DNA from: Mycoplasmataceae bacterium
Lineage (GTDB): Bacteria > Bacillota_I > Bacilli_A > Mycoplasmatales > Mycoplasmoidaceae
NCBI GenBank assembly: GCA_016288695.1
Contig: JAEELD010000026.1
Location: forward strand, 17,774 to 81,773
Length of the DNA stretch: 64,000 nt
Reading direction: 5' to 3'
The position numbers and the translations under genes are program-made. Positions 23,282 to 35,125 of the stretch are shown here, piece after piece. The stretch's first letter is position 1. Each line of letters begins with the position of its first letter. Under the pieces are notes generated by a model. That model did no database searches. It was not told the origin of the DNA and was given only the letters and a program-made list of their open reading frames with translations.

Positions 23282-24226
23282 TTATTTTATTCTATCAACT
23301 TTTGAATATTTATCATAAATTTTTTGAATTTTATTTTTATATTCTTTTTTGTTTCTCTTAAGATCAACTTTCATTAAATGAGGCAATGTTAATGAATTGT
23401 TAAACAAAATAACTAAATTTTCAATGAAAAAAAATAAAAAAGTCATAACAAAAAGCATAACTAACATAAAGATCGAACCTTCAGATGACAAATCGTATTC
23501 AGGTTTACCATCGATTTCAATTAAATTATAAGCATTTTTATTGAAATTAGTTATTTTGCCATAAACAGATCAAAATCTATGGTCATTTCCTGGGTCAATT
23601 TCAGGACGAAAAATGTTTTCAGGTAATTCAATGAAATTTATTGCTATTACATAAAATGAATAAATTGCTAAATAAACTAATAAACAAAATGAATATTTCT
23701 TTATTCCGAAAATGACATTTCGTGAAGTTTTAACTTCTTTTCCATATGGATAATTAGGTTCAACAAAACAGAAAAAATTAAAAATTATTGGTGAAATTAA
23801 ATGAAATATCAAAGTTGCAACAATTTTATAAGAAATTTTATTTAATTGTTCACCTGTTAATCATGTAGGGAACATTATTAACCAATATGTGACTCCAACA
23901 AGATTAATGTAAATACAAATTGAAATTGTTAATTTTCTATTATCAAAAATTGGTGTCTTAAACATGAATATGAACAAAAAATAGTATATTGTAACAAGAA
24001 CATTAGTTTGGTTAGTAAAAAAAGATAAAAAATGAAATCAAAAATTACATAAAAAATTGTTAAACACATAATATTCACTAAAACTATCCAAAAGCATAGG
24101 TACTATATGCATGCAAATGCCGGCAACTCCTACTAAAAGGCCACAAACTGATAATAAAAAAACAGGAGATTTTGTATTATGACACCTTCTAGGTTGAAAT
24201 TTATTTATTTTTGTACTCTGAACCAC
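23282..24226 (-). CDS. hypothetical multi-pass membrane protein
   Basis: Merges 23282-23491, 23570-23812 and 24038-24226. Same frame; I checked the 23813-24037 gap triplet by triplet and found only TGA, no TAA/TAG. 314 aa, GTG start preceded by AGGA. Several hydrophobic segments and a Lys-rich C-terminus. Confidence 0.55.
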
Positions 24227-24305
24227 GAATTTATCCTAATTGTTTCACTTAATATTATCATAATTAATTATTGTTGATTATTTAATGATTATTTATAATA
24301 AAAAT

Positions 24306-24660
24306 TATGAACAATCAAAATTTAATAAACAAAATTATTTTAGAAGGTGAATTACTTAGAGGTAGTTATTCAAAAACAAATAAATCCATTTATTTTGCAA
24401 AATTAAAACAAGAAAGAAAAGTTGTTAATTTTAAATGAATTGATTATTTTTCAATCTATGTATTAAGTCCACTTTCAAAAAAAATAGCTAAAATTTTAGA
24501 AACGGATCCATCTCCACATGTTATTATAGAGGGTGAACTTCATAATAATGTCTCAAAAAAAACTCATGAATTACGCTCAAGTATTCTAGTAAAAAAAATA
24601 ATTGATTTGTCAGATAATAATAAAAGAGAAAACAATAATAAAGATATCATTAAGGAGTAA
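24306..24660 (+). pseudogene. SSB-like OB-fold protein gene interrupted by a +1 frameshift in an A9 tract
   Basis: ATG 24306 gives MNNQNLINKIILEGELLRGSYSKTNKSIYFAKLKQERKVVNFKWIDYFSIYVLSPLSKKNS, then stop TAA 24489-24491. The +1 frame continues from the A9 tract (24476-24484) as IAKILETDPSPHVIIEGELHNNVSKKTHELRSSILVKKIIDLSDNNKRENNNKDIIKE to TAA 24658-24660, with no start codon of its own. With A8 the two parts form one roughly 117-aa OB-fold-like protein. Confidence 0.6.
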
Positions 24661-24666
24661 AGTTTT

Positions 24667-26400
24667 ATGTCAATTAATAAAAAAATAAATTATTTTGTTG
24701 CAGAATTATTGCTATTTGTTTTGCAAAATAAATATAAAAAAATTATAAATGTCAGCATAGAATTACATGATAAAGGATTTAGATGTATATTTAAAGCCAA
24801 TAAAGATGTCAAAATATCTTCAAATATTTTTAAAAATTTGAAAGATGAAATTAATGCAATTAATAATAAAAATCTACAGATTAGTTTTACTTATGTGAGC
24901 AAAGAAACAGCAATTTCAAAATTCAAAAATAATAAGTATAAATTGATTCAAATAAGAGAAGCTAAATATAATAAGATACCAGTAATTACAATTGGAAAAA
25001 ATTTTATTGATATAAGGGATTCAAATTTTGATAAAAGATTTTCTAACTTAAAATGGTTTGATTTTACGAATGTTTCTACAATTTTACACAAAAAATACAA
25101 TGACAAACTTACTGTGATAGATGGTTGGGCTGCAGAAAATGAAAATGATTTTGCTAATATTAATGACCATTTCACCAAGCAAACATTTGAAGATCATAGA
25201 AAAATTGGTCAAGATCTAGAACTTTTTTGTTTTGATAAAAATATTGGTCAAGGATTACCTATTTGACTCGAAAATGGAACTAAAATTAAATTTGCATTAG
25301 AACAATATTGCAAAAACCTACTTCAGCTTAATGATTATAAATTTGTTCAAACCCCTATTTTAGGAACAGTTGACCTTTATAAAATATCAGGTCACTGAAA
25401 TCATTATCGAGAAAATATGTTCCCTACTATTAAAACATCTGATGAAGAATTTGTTTTAAAACCTATGTCATGCCCCCACCATATCATATGTTATAAGCAA
25501 AAACCACATTCATACCGCGAATTACCATACCGTATTGCTGAATTTGGAATACAACATAGATATGAAGCATCTGGTGGTTTGTCGGGACTAGAACGTGTTA
25601 GACAAATGCAATTAGTTGATACACATACAATATTAATTCAAGATCAAATTATTTCTGAAGTTAAAAGAATATACAAAATTATTTCTGAGGCGCATAAAGT
25701 TATTGGAACTTCAATTTATTCAATTGATTTATCGTTGCATGACCCTAAAAATAAAAAGAAATTTTTTGATAATGAAAAAATGTGAAAAAGCGCTGAATCG
25801 CAACTTGAAGAAGCATTAAAATCATTAAATCAGCCTTATAAACGTGTTGTTGGTGAAGCTGCATTTTATGGTCCTAAAATAGACATACAAATGAAAACAA
25901 CTTTAGGACGTATTATCACAATTTCTACTATTCAATTAGATTTTTTATTACCAGAACGTTTCAATTTACAATATATAGACAAGAATGGTGAAAAAAAGCA
26001 ACCAATTTTTATTCATGCTGGTGTTATCGGGACATTTGAAAGATATCTAGCTATTTTATTAGAACAAACTAAAGGAAAACTTCCTCTATGATTGTCACCT
26101 ATTCAAGTAGCAATTTTGCCAATAAATAACAAAAAGCATTTAACTTTTTCAAAAAAAATACATAAACTTTTCATTCATAATCAAATTCAAAGTAGCCTTA
26201 ATGAATCAGACGAAAGATTAAATAAAAAAATTAGAGATGCTCAAATTAAAAAAATTCCTTATCAAATTATCATAGGTGATAACGAAATTAAAACAAATAA
26301 AATATCATATAGAGAATATGGCAAAACAGCAACAAAAACTATACCAATAAATAAATTTATTTCACTTATATCTCAGAAAATTAAAAACAAAACAAAATAA
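24667..26400 (+). CDS. thrS: threonine--tRNA ligase (no TGS domain, degenerate editing domain)
   Basis: Merges 24667-25266, 25417-25785, 25891-26091 and 26092-26400 (same frame), 577 aa. [20 protein letters not shown], zinc site PMSCPHH, class II motifs, [19 protein letters not shown]. Confidence 0.93.
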
Positions 26401-26410
26401 AATTGTTAGC

Positions 26411-27331
26411 ATGAAAATAAATAAATCAAACTTTATAAGCGAAAATAACAAAATCTCACTTATTTTTGATATTGATCCATTCAATCAAGAAATTATTAAT
26501 AATTTTGCTTCGAAAGAAATGTCATTTTTTTTTAAACGCATAAGCAATTTTGTTAATTTTATTTTTGTCACTTCGATTAATTTTGATCTATTTAAAAAAA
26601 GAATAATAGATGTTCTCAAAATTAAACATGCACATGTAATATGTAATAATGGGGCCAGTGTTTATCGATTTGTAAACAAGAAATCTTATATGATTTTTGA
26701 AAATGAACTTTGTAAGAATGAAAAAATGAACATAATACATGCATTAACTTCTCATTCGTTAGCCTCAGCATGTATGACTTCTAACAAAGTAGTTGTGTAT
26801 TCACCAAATAAAATTTTATTAGATTTTTTTATTAAAAAATTTATTTCTGATACAAAAAATTTTTATGATTTTCGAAAATTTAGTAATTTTATCTTGGAAA
26901 ATAAATGCTTGAGCATACTAACATTTGATCAGAGTGAAAAGCTAATATTTAATGAATACTTATTTTTTTCTTTTTTTTCAAATTTCTATAATGTTAACAT
27001 CTCTAAAACTTTTAATAAAACTTTTTCATTTTCATCTAACTCAAAAAAAACAAAATTTAACCACATATATGAAATTTTATGAAAACTAAAATTTCATGAT
27101 TTTAACTCAGTTTTATATTTTTCTATTAACTCTTTTGATGATCAATTATGAAATTCCTTTAATAATCATTTCATAAGTTTTTTTAACTATAAAATGTCAA
27201 CAACAATAAGGAAAAAAATAAATTTTTCTAATTTTATTAATTTTGATTATAAGTCAATTTTTTTTATTAACAATTTACGTGACATCATATTAAACTACAT
27301 ACCATATAAATTAAATTCAAAGTATAACTAA
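26411..27331 (+). CDS. hypothetical protein, possibly a degenerate Cof-type HAD-like hydrolase
   Basis: Track ORF 26411-27082 extended through TGA codons to TAA 27329-27331, 306 aa. N-terminal LIFDIDPF resembles HAD motif I but lacks the usual D.D.T pattern. No other motif recognised. Confidence 0.35.
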
Positions 27332-27345
27332 TTGCAATAAAGAAA

Positions 27346-30183
27346 ATGAAAAATTCAATTGTCATTAAAGGGGCTAAAGAAAATAATTTAAAAAATATTA
27401 ATCTTGAAATACCGAAAAATAAATTGGTTATTTTTACAGGCGTTTCAGGAAGTGGAAAAACTTCATTAGCCTTTGACACAATATATGCTGAAGGCAAAAG
27501 ACGCTATCTGGAATCAGTTTCTACATATATTAGACAATTCCTTGGAAATAACAAAAAACCAAGAGTTGATTCAATAGAAGGTCTATCACCGGCCATTGCG
27601 ATCAGTCAACGATCAACAAGCCATAACCCAAGATCAACAATAGGAACAGTTACTGAAATATATGATTATTTAAGAGTATTATTTGCAAGAATCGGAGAAC
27701 CATATTGCCCTAATGGACATGGAAAAATTGAAACATTAACAATAAAACAAATAGTTAATAAAATTTGCGAAAGTTTTAAAGAAAATGATAAATTGCAAAT
27801 TTTATCTATCATTAATTCTCATAAAAAAGGAACATTTAAAGAAGAAATTAAAAAACTAAAATTATTGGGTTTTCTAAGAATTAGAATTGATAAAAAAATA
27901 TTCTATCAACTTGATGATGATTTCACTTTAGAGGAAAATAAATTTCATAGTTTAGACTTAGTTGTAGATCGTATTATAGGTCATCATGATGAAGAGACAG
28001 AATCGCGTATTTATTCAGCTGTTGAAACAGCATTAAAAAACTCTAATGGGCAAATAATAGCAATAATTAATGATACAGAATATACTTATTCTGAATCTCA
28101 TGCATGTAAAAAATGTGGATTCATGATACCAGAACTAGAACCAAAGCTTTTTTCATTTAATTCTCCTATAGGCGCATGTGAAAAATGTAAAGGATTGGGA
28201 GTCACTTTCGAACCAAGTGAAGAAAAAATGGTTCCAGCGCCTGAATTGACAATTAACCAAGGGGCAATTGACTTTTTTAAGAATACTGTTAACACTTTAT
28301 CTATAGATTGACAACAAATGGATTGTTTACTAAACCATTATCATATCAATAAAAACATTCCATTTAATAAAATAAAAAAAGAAGACATAAAACGCATTTT
28401 TTATGGAAGTGACGAACCAATCCATTTTAACATAACTTCATCCACAGGTAGAAAACAAGAAATTTATGATTATTATGAAGGAATTTTGAATAAAGTTAAA
28501 CGTTTATATTTTGAAACATCAAGTGAATTTGCTAGAACATATTATGGAAAATACATGGAAGAAAAAACATGCTCGAAGTGTAAAGGAAAAAGATTAAATG
28601 AAAGCGCGCTTTGTGTAAAAATAAATGATAATTCAATAATTGATATCACAAACTTATCTTTAGACAAGGCGTGAGAATTTTTTATCAATTTAAAATTGAA
28701 CCCATATCAGAAACAAATCGCGAGCCTCTTAGTAAATGAAATTACTTCACGATTAACTTTTTTAATCGATGTTGGATTAGAATATTTGACACTCTCACGA
28801 AATGCTTCTACACTTTCTGGTGGTGAATTACAAAGAATCCGTTTGGCAACACAGATAGGAAGTAGTCTTACAGGTGTGTTATATGTATTGGACGAACCAT
28901 CAATAGGGCTTCATCAAAAAGATAATGCATTATTGATCAAAACATTAAAAAAAATGAGAGATAAGGGCAATAGTATAATTGTTGTTGAACACGATGAAGA
29001 AACAATGTTATCAAGTGATTATATAGTTGACATTGGTCCTGGTGCTGGAAAAAATGGAGGAAACATAGTTTTTGCTGGAACGCCAGATGAAATTTGTTTA
29101 GATAAAAATTCACTAACTGGAAAATACCTATCACATAAATTGTCTATACAGACACCTAAATCTAGAAGATCTGGCAATGGACAAAAAATTATTATAAAAG
29201 GGTGTTGCCAAAACAATTTAAAAAATATATCTGTTACATTTCCTCTTGGTTCATTTATATGTGTCACAGGTGTTTCTGGAAGTGGAAAATCCACATTAGT
29301 CATCGACACACTTGCAGCTAATATTCAAAAATCATTATTTAACCCTTTTATAAAAGCAGGAAAAATTAAATCAATTTCAGGTATACAAAACATAAAAAAA
29401 GTAATAGTTGTAACACAAGATCCTATTGGCAGAACCCCACGAAGTAACCCTGCTACTTATATCGGTGTTTTTGATGATATAAGAGAATTATTCTCAAATG
29501 TTCCTGAAGCAAAAATGAGGGGATACACTAAAGGCAGATTCTCTTTCAATTCACCTGGTGGTAGATGTGAAAAATGTTTAGGAAATGGTGTAATACGTAT
29601 AAATATGCAATTTATGCCTGATGTTTTTGTGACATGTGATGAATGTAATGGGAAAAAATATAATAGTGAAACTTTGTTGATTAAATATAAAGGAAAATCA
29701 ATTTATGATGTTTTAGAAATGTCAATTGATGAAGCAAGTGATTTTTTTAAGAATATTCCTAATATTCACAGAAAAATTTCATTATTGCAAGATGTCGGAC
29801 TTGGATATCTAAAATTAGGGACAAATTCCAACGATTTATCAGGTGGAGAGGCACAACGAATAAAATTAGCCAAATTTATACAAAAAAATAACACAGAAAA
29901 TACAATTTTAATCTTAGATGAACCAACAACCGGATTACACATAGATGATATAAAAAAAATTATCTTGATCTTAAATAGAATTGTCGATAATGGTTCAACA
30001 GTAATAGTTATTGAACATAATTTAGACCTTATAAAATGTGCTGATTACATCATTGACATAGGAAAAGATGGCGGACAAAATGGTGGTGAAATTATCGCAA
30101 CAGGCACTCCTGAGCAAATAATTAAATATAGTAATATTTCTTATACTGCTAAATTCTTAAAAAAAATTTTAAGGAAAGACTAG
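27346..30183 (+). CDS. uvrA: excinuclease ABC subunit A
   Basis: Merges 27346-28311, 28318-28674 and 28696-30183 (same frame), 945 aa. Two Walker A sites ([20 protein letters not shown]), zinc modules (CKKCGF...[16 protein letters not shown]...CDECNGKKY) and ABC signatures [16 protein letters not shown]. Confidence 0.97.
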
Positions 30184-30863
30184 TCATCTTTTTTTTCAAT
30201 TTCAACATATTCAATAACTTTCCTTTTAACTTTTTTATTTTTTTTGAAATTTTTATTAGACAAACTAATTTCATTTTCTAATTCATTAACGTATCCTATA
30301 ATACTCCCATTTTTTAAAAAAATGATTGTTACCAGTTTATTCATAAGAAAAAAAGAAATAAATGCAGAAATCATGAGTATTAGTAAACGCAATAAATACA
30401 ATCACGACATATCCTTATCTCAATACCCAATTAATCCAGAAAATATATAGATAGAAAAACTAAAGCTTACTGAAAAAGTAAATGGAATAGTATCGTAATT
30501 AATGATGTTTATTTTCTTAAAAATTATTGGTAAAAGAATTGACAAAAATAAACCAGAAAAAATATAAATTAAAATAATTGGATTAAAAATATTTCCTAAT
30601 TTATTTCTTATTAAAATATTTTTACCAATGTTCTTTTCAATTTCATTTAAAGTCAATCCATATTTTGAATAATGAACTAAAAGATTTAATTTATTTTCAC
30701 TAGTTATAACTCCTCGTCATAACACCCCATTCCTGGGAATAACATACTCCAAATGCAACATGTTCAAATCGCCTAACAAAATTCAAATAACAAGGAAACC
30801 AACAAAAAATATCAATGTAAATAATACAATTTTTCACTGATCTGTTTTAACACTGTGTTTCAT
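30180..30863 (-). CDS. hypothetical membrane protein
   Basis: Merges 30180-30401 and 30420-30656 with a 5' extension to ATG 30863 (same frame, TGA only; checked triplet by triplet), 227 aa. At least four hydrophobic segments. Its ATG overlaps the mtnN stop (TAATG) and its 3' end overlaps uvrA by 4 nt. Confidence 0.5.
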
Positions 30864-31570
30864 TAATTATTAATTAAAAGCTCAATAATATTTTTTATAT
30901 CTTTCTTTGCATGCGAAAGCCTATGTCTATATGTAGCATCATTTTTTTTGCTGCCTATTTCGTCAGTAACTATTTTTATAGATAATATTTTAATGTCTTT
31001 AAACTTATTAATTACATGCCAGATTGCTGCTGTTTCCATATCTATAATGTTAATATTTTTTATATCTGTATTTTTCACCATGTTTGTTTTATTTGCAAAT
31101 TTGTCCATAGTGCCAACAACTATATTTTTTTTAAACCTAAATTTGTAAATACAAGAAATTTTACTAATAAAATTAGCTAATTTCAAACATTGAATTTTAA
31201 AATATTGTGTCTCTTTTGGTATTTGGCCGAATTTGTATCCTAATGAAGTTAAATCAACATCAACATAAGTAGATTTATTTATTAAACAAATATCACCAAT
31301 ATTCATATTGATGCTTCCGCAAGTACCAACATGAAAAAAATTTTTAATTTTTAGATCAAAAATACAAAAAGATGTGGCATAAGCTGAATTTGTTTTTCCT
31401 ACACCTAAAATAACCAAAAAAAATTCCTTATTTCCTATTTTCTTTTTATAGAAAGTAATAGACTTCTTTTTATATTTCTTAAACCCTGATAAGCAACTTT
31501 GTTCAATCTCATCAATATCTGCAACTAAAATACCTATTTTTTGATTAAAAAGATTATCTATTTTTTTCAT
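30863..31570 (-). CDS. mtnN: 5'-methylthioadenosine/S-adenosylhomocysteine nucleosidase
   Basis: Start taken at MKKIDNLFNQKIGILVADIDE (ATG 31570). The track ORF begins 13 codons further upstream inside the previous gene. GVGKTNSAYATS and DMETAAI motifs of the PNP/UDP-1 fold. Confidence 0.8.
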   Translation of the reverse strand: MKKIDNLFNQKIGILVADIDEIEQSCLSGFKKYKKKSITFYKKKIGNKEFFLVILGVGKTNSAYATSFCIFDLKIKNFFHVGTCGSINMNIGDICLINKSTYVDVDLTSLGYKFGQIPKETQYFKIQCLKLANFISKISCIYKFRFKKNIVVGTMDKFANKTNMVKNTDIKNINIIDMETAAIWHVINKFKDIKILSIKIVTDEIGSKKNDATYRHRLSHAKKDIKNIIELLINN

Positions 31571-32639
31571 ATTTTGCCATGGTTTGTTTATACAATTTTG
31601 CAAAGCCAATATTAATGTTTTTTTTGACTTCTTCTAACATTTTTTTTCTATTTGGGATGTCCTTTTTTGTACGTTTTGGTTCAAGTTTATCGGCACAATA
31701 AAGAATTTTAGATAATATAGAACAATTATTTTTCGGTATCACATGATTTTCTATTGCATCAAGAACTTCCTTGTTATGAAAAGAAAAATGTTTTTGTATG
31801 TATCTACTTGCGCATACTCCGTGCAAAGAATGTAAATTTGGAAACGTTGATTTATCAATTCCTTTGCTATACAACTGAATTTTTTTATCTGAAAAATTTT
31901 TTGCCAAATCATGAAACATAGATGCTGTATATACATTTCTTAATTTTTTATAGTCTATAGCTTTTGCTATATCAAGGGCAACATCTGTAACTCTTAAAAT
32001 ATGTTCATAACGCTCAAGACCAACTTTCTTATTTTTACTAGTCTGTATCAAAATTGTCTTAACCTTATTTTCTATATATAGACCATTTCTAATAATGTAA
32101 TTGACTATGCCAAGTGGCATATATCTTTTGTCAATTTTTTCTCTTAATGAACTACTTGAAATATTAATCATTTTTGATTTAAGGTAAATTAAATCAAAAT
32201 TTAATCTGCAATTAATATTATTTCTTTTGCCTATAACTAGTGTTGAATTTTTACAAACAAACTCGAAATTCTTTCACTTTTTTAGATTATTTGCTCTATC
32301 TGCTCCTAAAAGAAGAAAAAGCGAATATTTACTATAGTTACATCTTAAAAATTTAATTAACTGATAAGTATAAATACGGCCATATTTATTTTCAAAATCT
32401 GAAAAATAAATTTTTTTACTTAATTTTGAAAAAGCAATTTTACACATATTTAATCTATCAGTAAAACTAGCATAATGATTGATTTTGTTTGATAGTAATG
32501 GTTTTTTACTTGGAACTACAAATATCAAATCAGGATTTATTTTTTTTATTGCATTCTTAAGTAAATTTATATGTCCAATGTGAACTGGATCAAATCCACC
32601 ACCATAAATAAGTAGTTTTTTCATATTCATTTTTTTCAT
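31554..32639 (-). CDS. nadD: fused nicotinate-nucleotide adenylyltransferase (NadD) and HD-domain YqeK phosphohydrolase
   Basis: 32274-32693 and 31554-32171 are in the same frame. I checked the 32172-32273 gap and it contains only a TGA. N-terminal half GGGFDPVHIGHINL (nucleotidyltransferase HIGH-type motif). C-terminal half HILRVTDVALDIA...FHDLAK (HD motif). Start uncertain: ATG 32639, 32630 or 32624. Confidence 0.8.
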
Positions 32640-32655
32640 AAATAATTTTATTTTC

Positions 32656-35121
32656 TTAATTTTTCTCTTTTTCTTGAAAAATAAAATTCTCATTTGAGCT
32701 CTTATTGAAATGAATAACTGATGTATTTATTAATTTTTTATTTGATATTTTTGACAACCGTGTTTGTTTATCACCTATAGGTATATCAGATGGTTTTATA
32801 AAATTTATTTTTTGAGTTTCGTCAATGCAATGAATTAAATCACTCAAATTAATGTTGTGAACACCATCAATTGTTGAAGGGTTTGATTTAACATTTAAAA
32901 ATATACTTTTCCCTTTACTTGGTCTATTAAGTATAGGAATCTCAGAATAATGCATTCGTTTCATCCCACTAGATGAAGTTAATAAGAATAAATTATTTAA
33001 ATCTTTTTCTTTATCAAAAACACAAATACCAGCAATTTTTTCACCAACATCAATATTCATTGCCTTAACCCCTGCTGCATTTAATGAAAGCTCCTTAAGC
33101 TCATCAAATCTAAAGGCATATGCATAACCTAATGAATTAACTACAACAATATGTTTATTATTAATATTTTTATTTTCAAGCAAACATGAGACTAAAAAAT
33201 CATCATCTTGTAGAGGGATAATTTTAGACATTTTTACACTCTTAGATATTTTCAAATATGAAATATTTGTCCGCTTAATTTGTCCATTTCTACTGCATAA
33301 AATAATTTGATCATTGTTATTCACATTATTTGAAAAATTAAAACAAGAAATTATTTTCTCATTTGCACCAATGTTGACAAACTTATTTATATGTATCCCA
33401 ACATCTTTTCATTTGGTTTGTTCAATCATATGGGTTGGTAAAGAAATATAATTCCCTTTAGAAGTTATTAAAATTAATTTGTCACGAAAATTTGAATTTA
33501 AAATACTTATTGGCAAATCTCCTGGTTTTAAGGCAATTGTTTGATAATCTATTGCCTTATATGTTTGATTCGAAAGAGACTTTAAATAACCATCCTTTGA
33601 GCATATTATCATAACATTACGATCTTTTATAGTGTCAAATTCGTCAATTTTTATTTTAGTGTCTTCATTTGAAAAGGAACTTAATCTTTTTCTTCCAAAG
33701 ATTTTTTTATAATTTCTTAAATTATTCTTAATATGATTGTTGCGATATTGACTATTACTAATCAACAACTTTAATTCTTCAATTTGTTGGTTAGTTTCAA
33801 TAAGGTCGCTATTTAATTCATTGACATCCGTATTGGAAAGTTTATAAAGTCTCAAATTTATTATTGATTCAGCTTGCAGTTCTGAAAAATTTAATTCATC
33901 AATTATTCTTTGCTTTGCCTCATCCTTATTTTTTGAATTTTTAATTCGATAAACTATATCATCAATAATTTTTGTTGCTTTTATTAGTCCTACTATAACT
34001 TCATGTTTTTTTAATGATTTTTCTAAATCATATTTGCTTGATGAAACAATAACATTATTAGCATGTTCAATAAAAGCATCTAAAGCTTGAAAAATTGTAA
34101 ATTGAATTGGCTTCCTATTATGTATTGCTATCATATTCATTGAATATGATATCTGCAGTTGTGTTTCTTTGCAAAGAATATTTTTAATTACTTCAAAATT
34201 CTTACCATTTACAGTTTCAATAGCTATGCAAACACCATTTCTGTCCGATTCATCTCTAACTTCTTTAATGCCAAGAACATCATATTTGTCTTTAATCTCA
34301 TCAATTTGACGAACTAACATTGATTTATTCACTTCAAAAGGGATGGAAGTAATATTTATCATATTAGCAGATACTTGCTGAATGTTTCCACGAACAATTA
34401 TTTTTCCTTTTCCTGAAGCATATGCATCATATATGCCTTTTTGATTTAAAATGACACCACCTGTTGGAAAATCCGGGCCAGGCATAACATTAATTATTGA
34501 CTGTAAATGACAATTTGGTGAATCTATTCGTGTTATCACTGCATCAATAACTTCATTCAGGCTAAATGGTGGAATATTGGTTGCATATCCTGCAGCAATA
34601 CCATTAGCACCATTAATTAATAAATTTGGCAATAAAGTTGGTAAAACAGTTGGTTCTTGATCTGAATCATCAAAATTATTCATGAATTTGACAGTATTTT
34701 TTTCCAAATTATCAGTCATCAACTGGCTATATTGTGAAAGTCTGCATTCAGTATAACGCATAGCTGCAGCAGAATCGCCATCTATTGAACCATTATTACC
34801 ATGCATGTCAACGAGTATAGAGTTGTTTTTTCAAGGCTGACTCATACGTACCATAGCATCATATATTGATGAATCGCCATGAGGATGGTATTTACCTATA
34901 ACCTCTCCTACAGTTCGAGCGGATTTTTTATGTGGTAAATTATGCAATAAATTTAAATTTCTCATTGCATAAATTATCCTTCGTTGAACAGGCTTTAATC
35001 CATCTCTAATGTCGGGTAATGCACGATCTTGAATGATATATTTTGCATATTTAGCAAAATCTTCAGACATTATTTTCTCAAGATTTAAATTTAAAAATTT
35101 TGATTTTGTTGTTTCTTCCAT
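32656..35121 (-). CDS. parC: DNA topoisomerase IV subunit A
   Basis: Merges 32656-33324, 33409-34806 and 34831-35121 (same frame), 821 aa. [25 protein letters not shown] (VQRR as in ParC rather than the GyrA VHRR), AAAMRYTE. No GyrA-box (QRRGGKG) seen in the C-terminal domain. Immediately downstream of parE. Confidence 0.85.
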
Positions 35122-35125
35122 AAAA

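Noticed and set aside
24276-24299. Tandem direct repeat GATTATTTA-AT-GATTATTTA (11-bp period) overlapping a TATAAT upstream of the OB-fold/thrS genes
   Set aside because: This is short, A/T-only repeat sequence in an A/T-rich spacer. It is plausible as a promoter region but not distinguishable from chance without comparative data.
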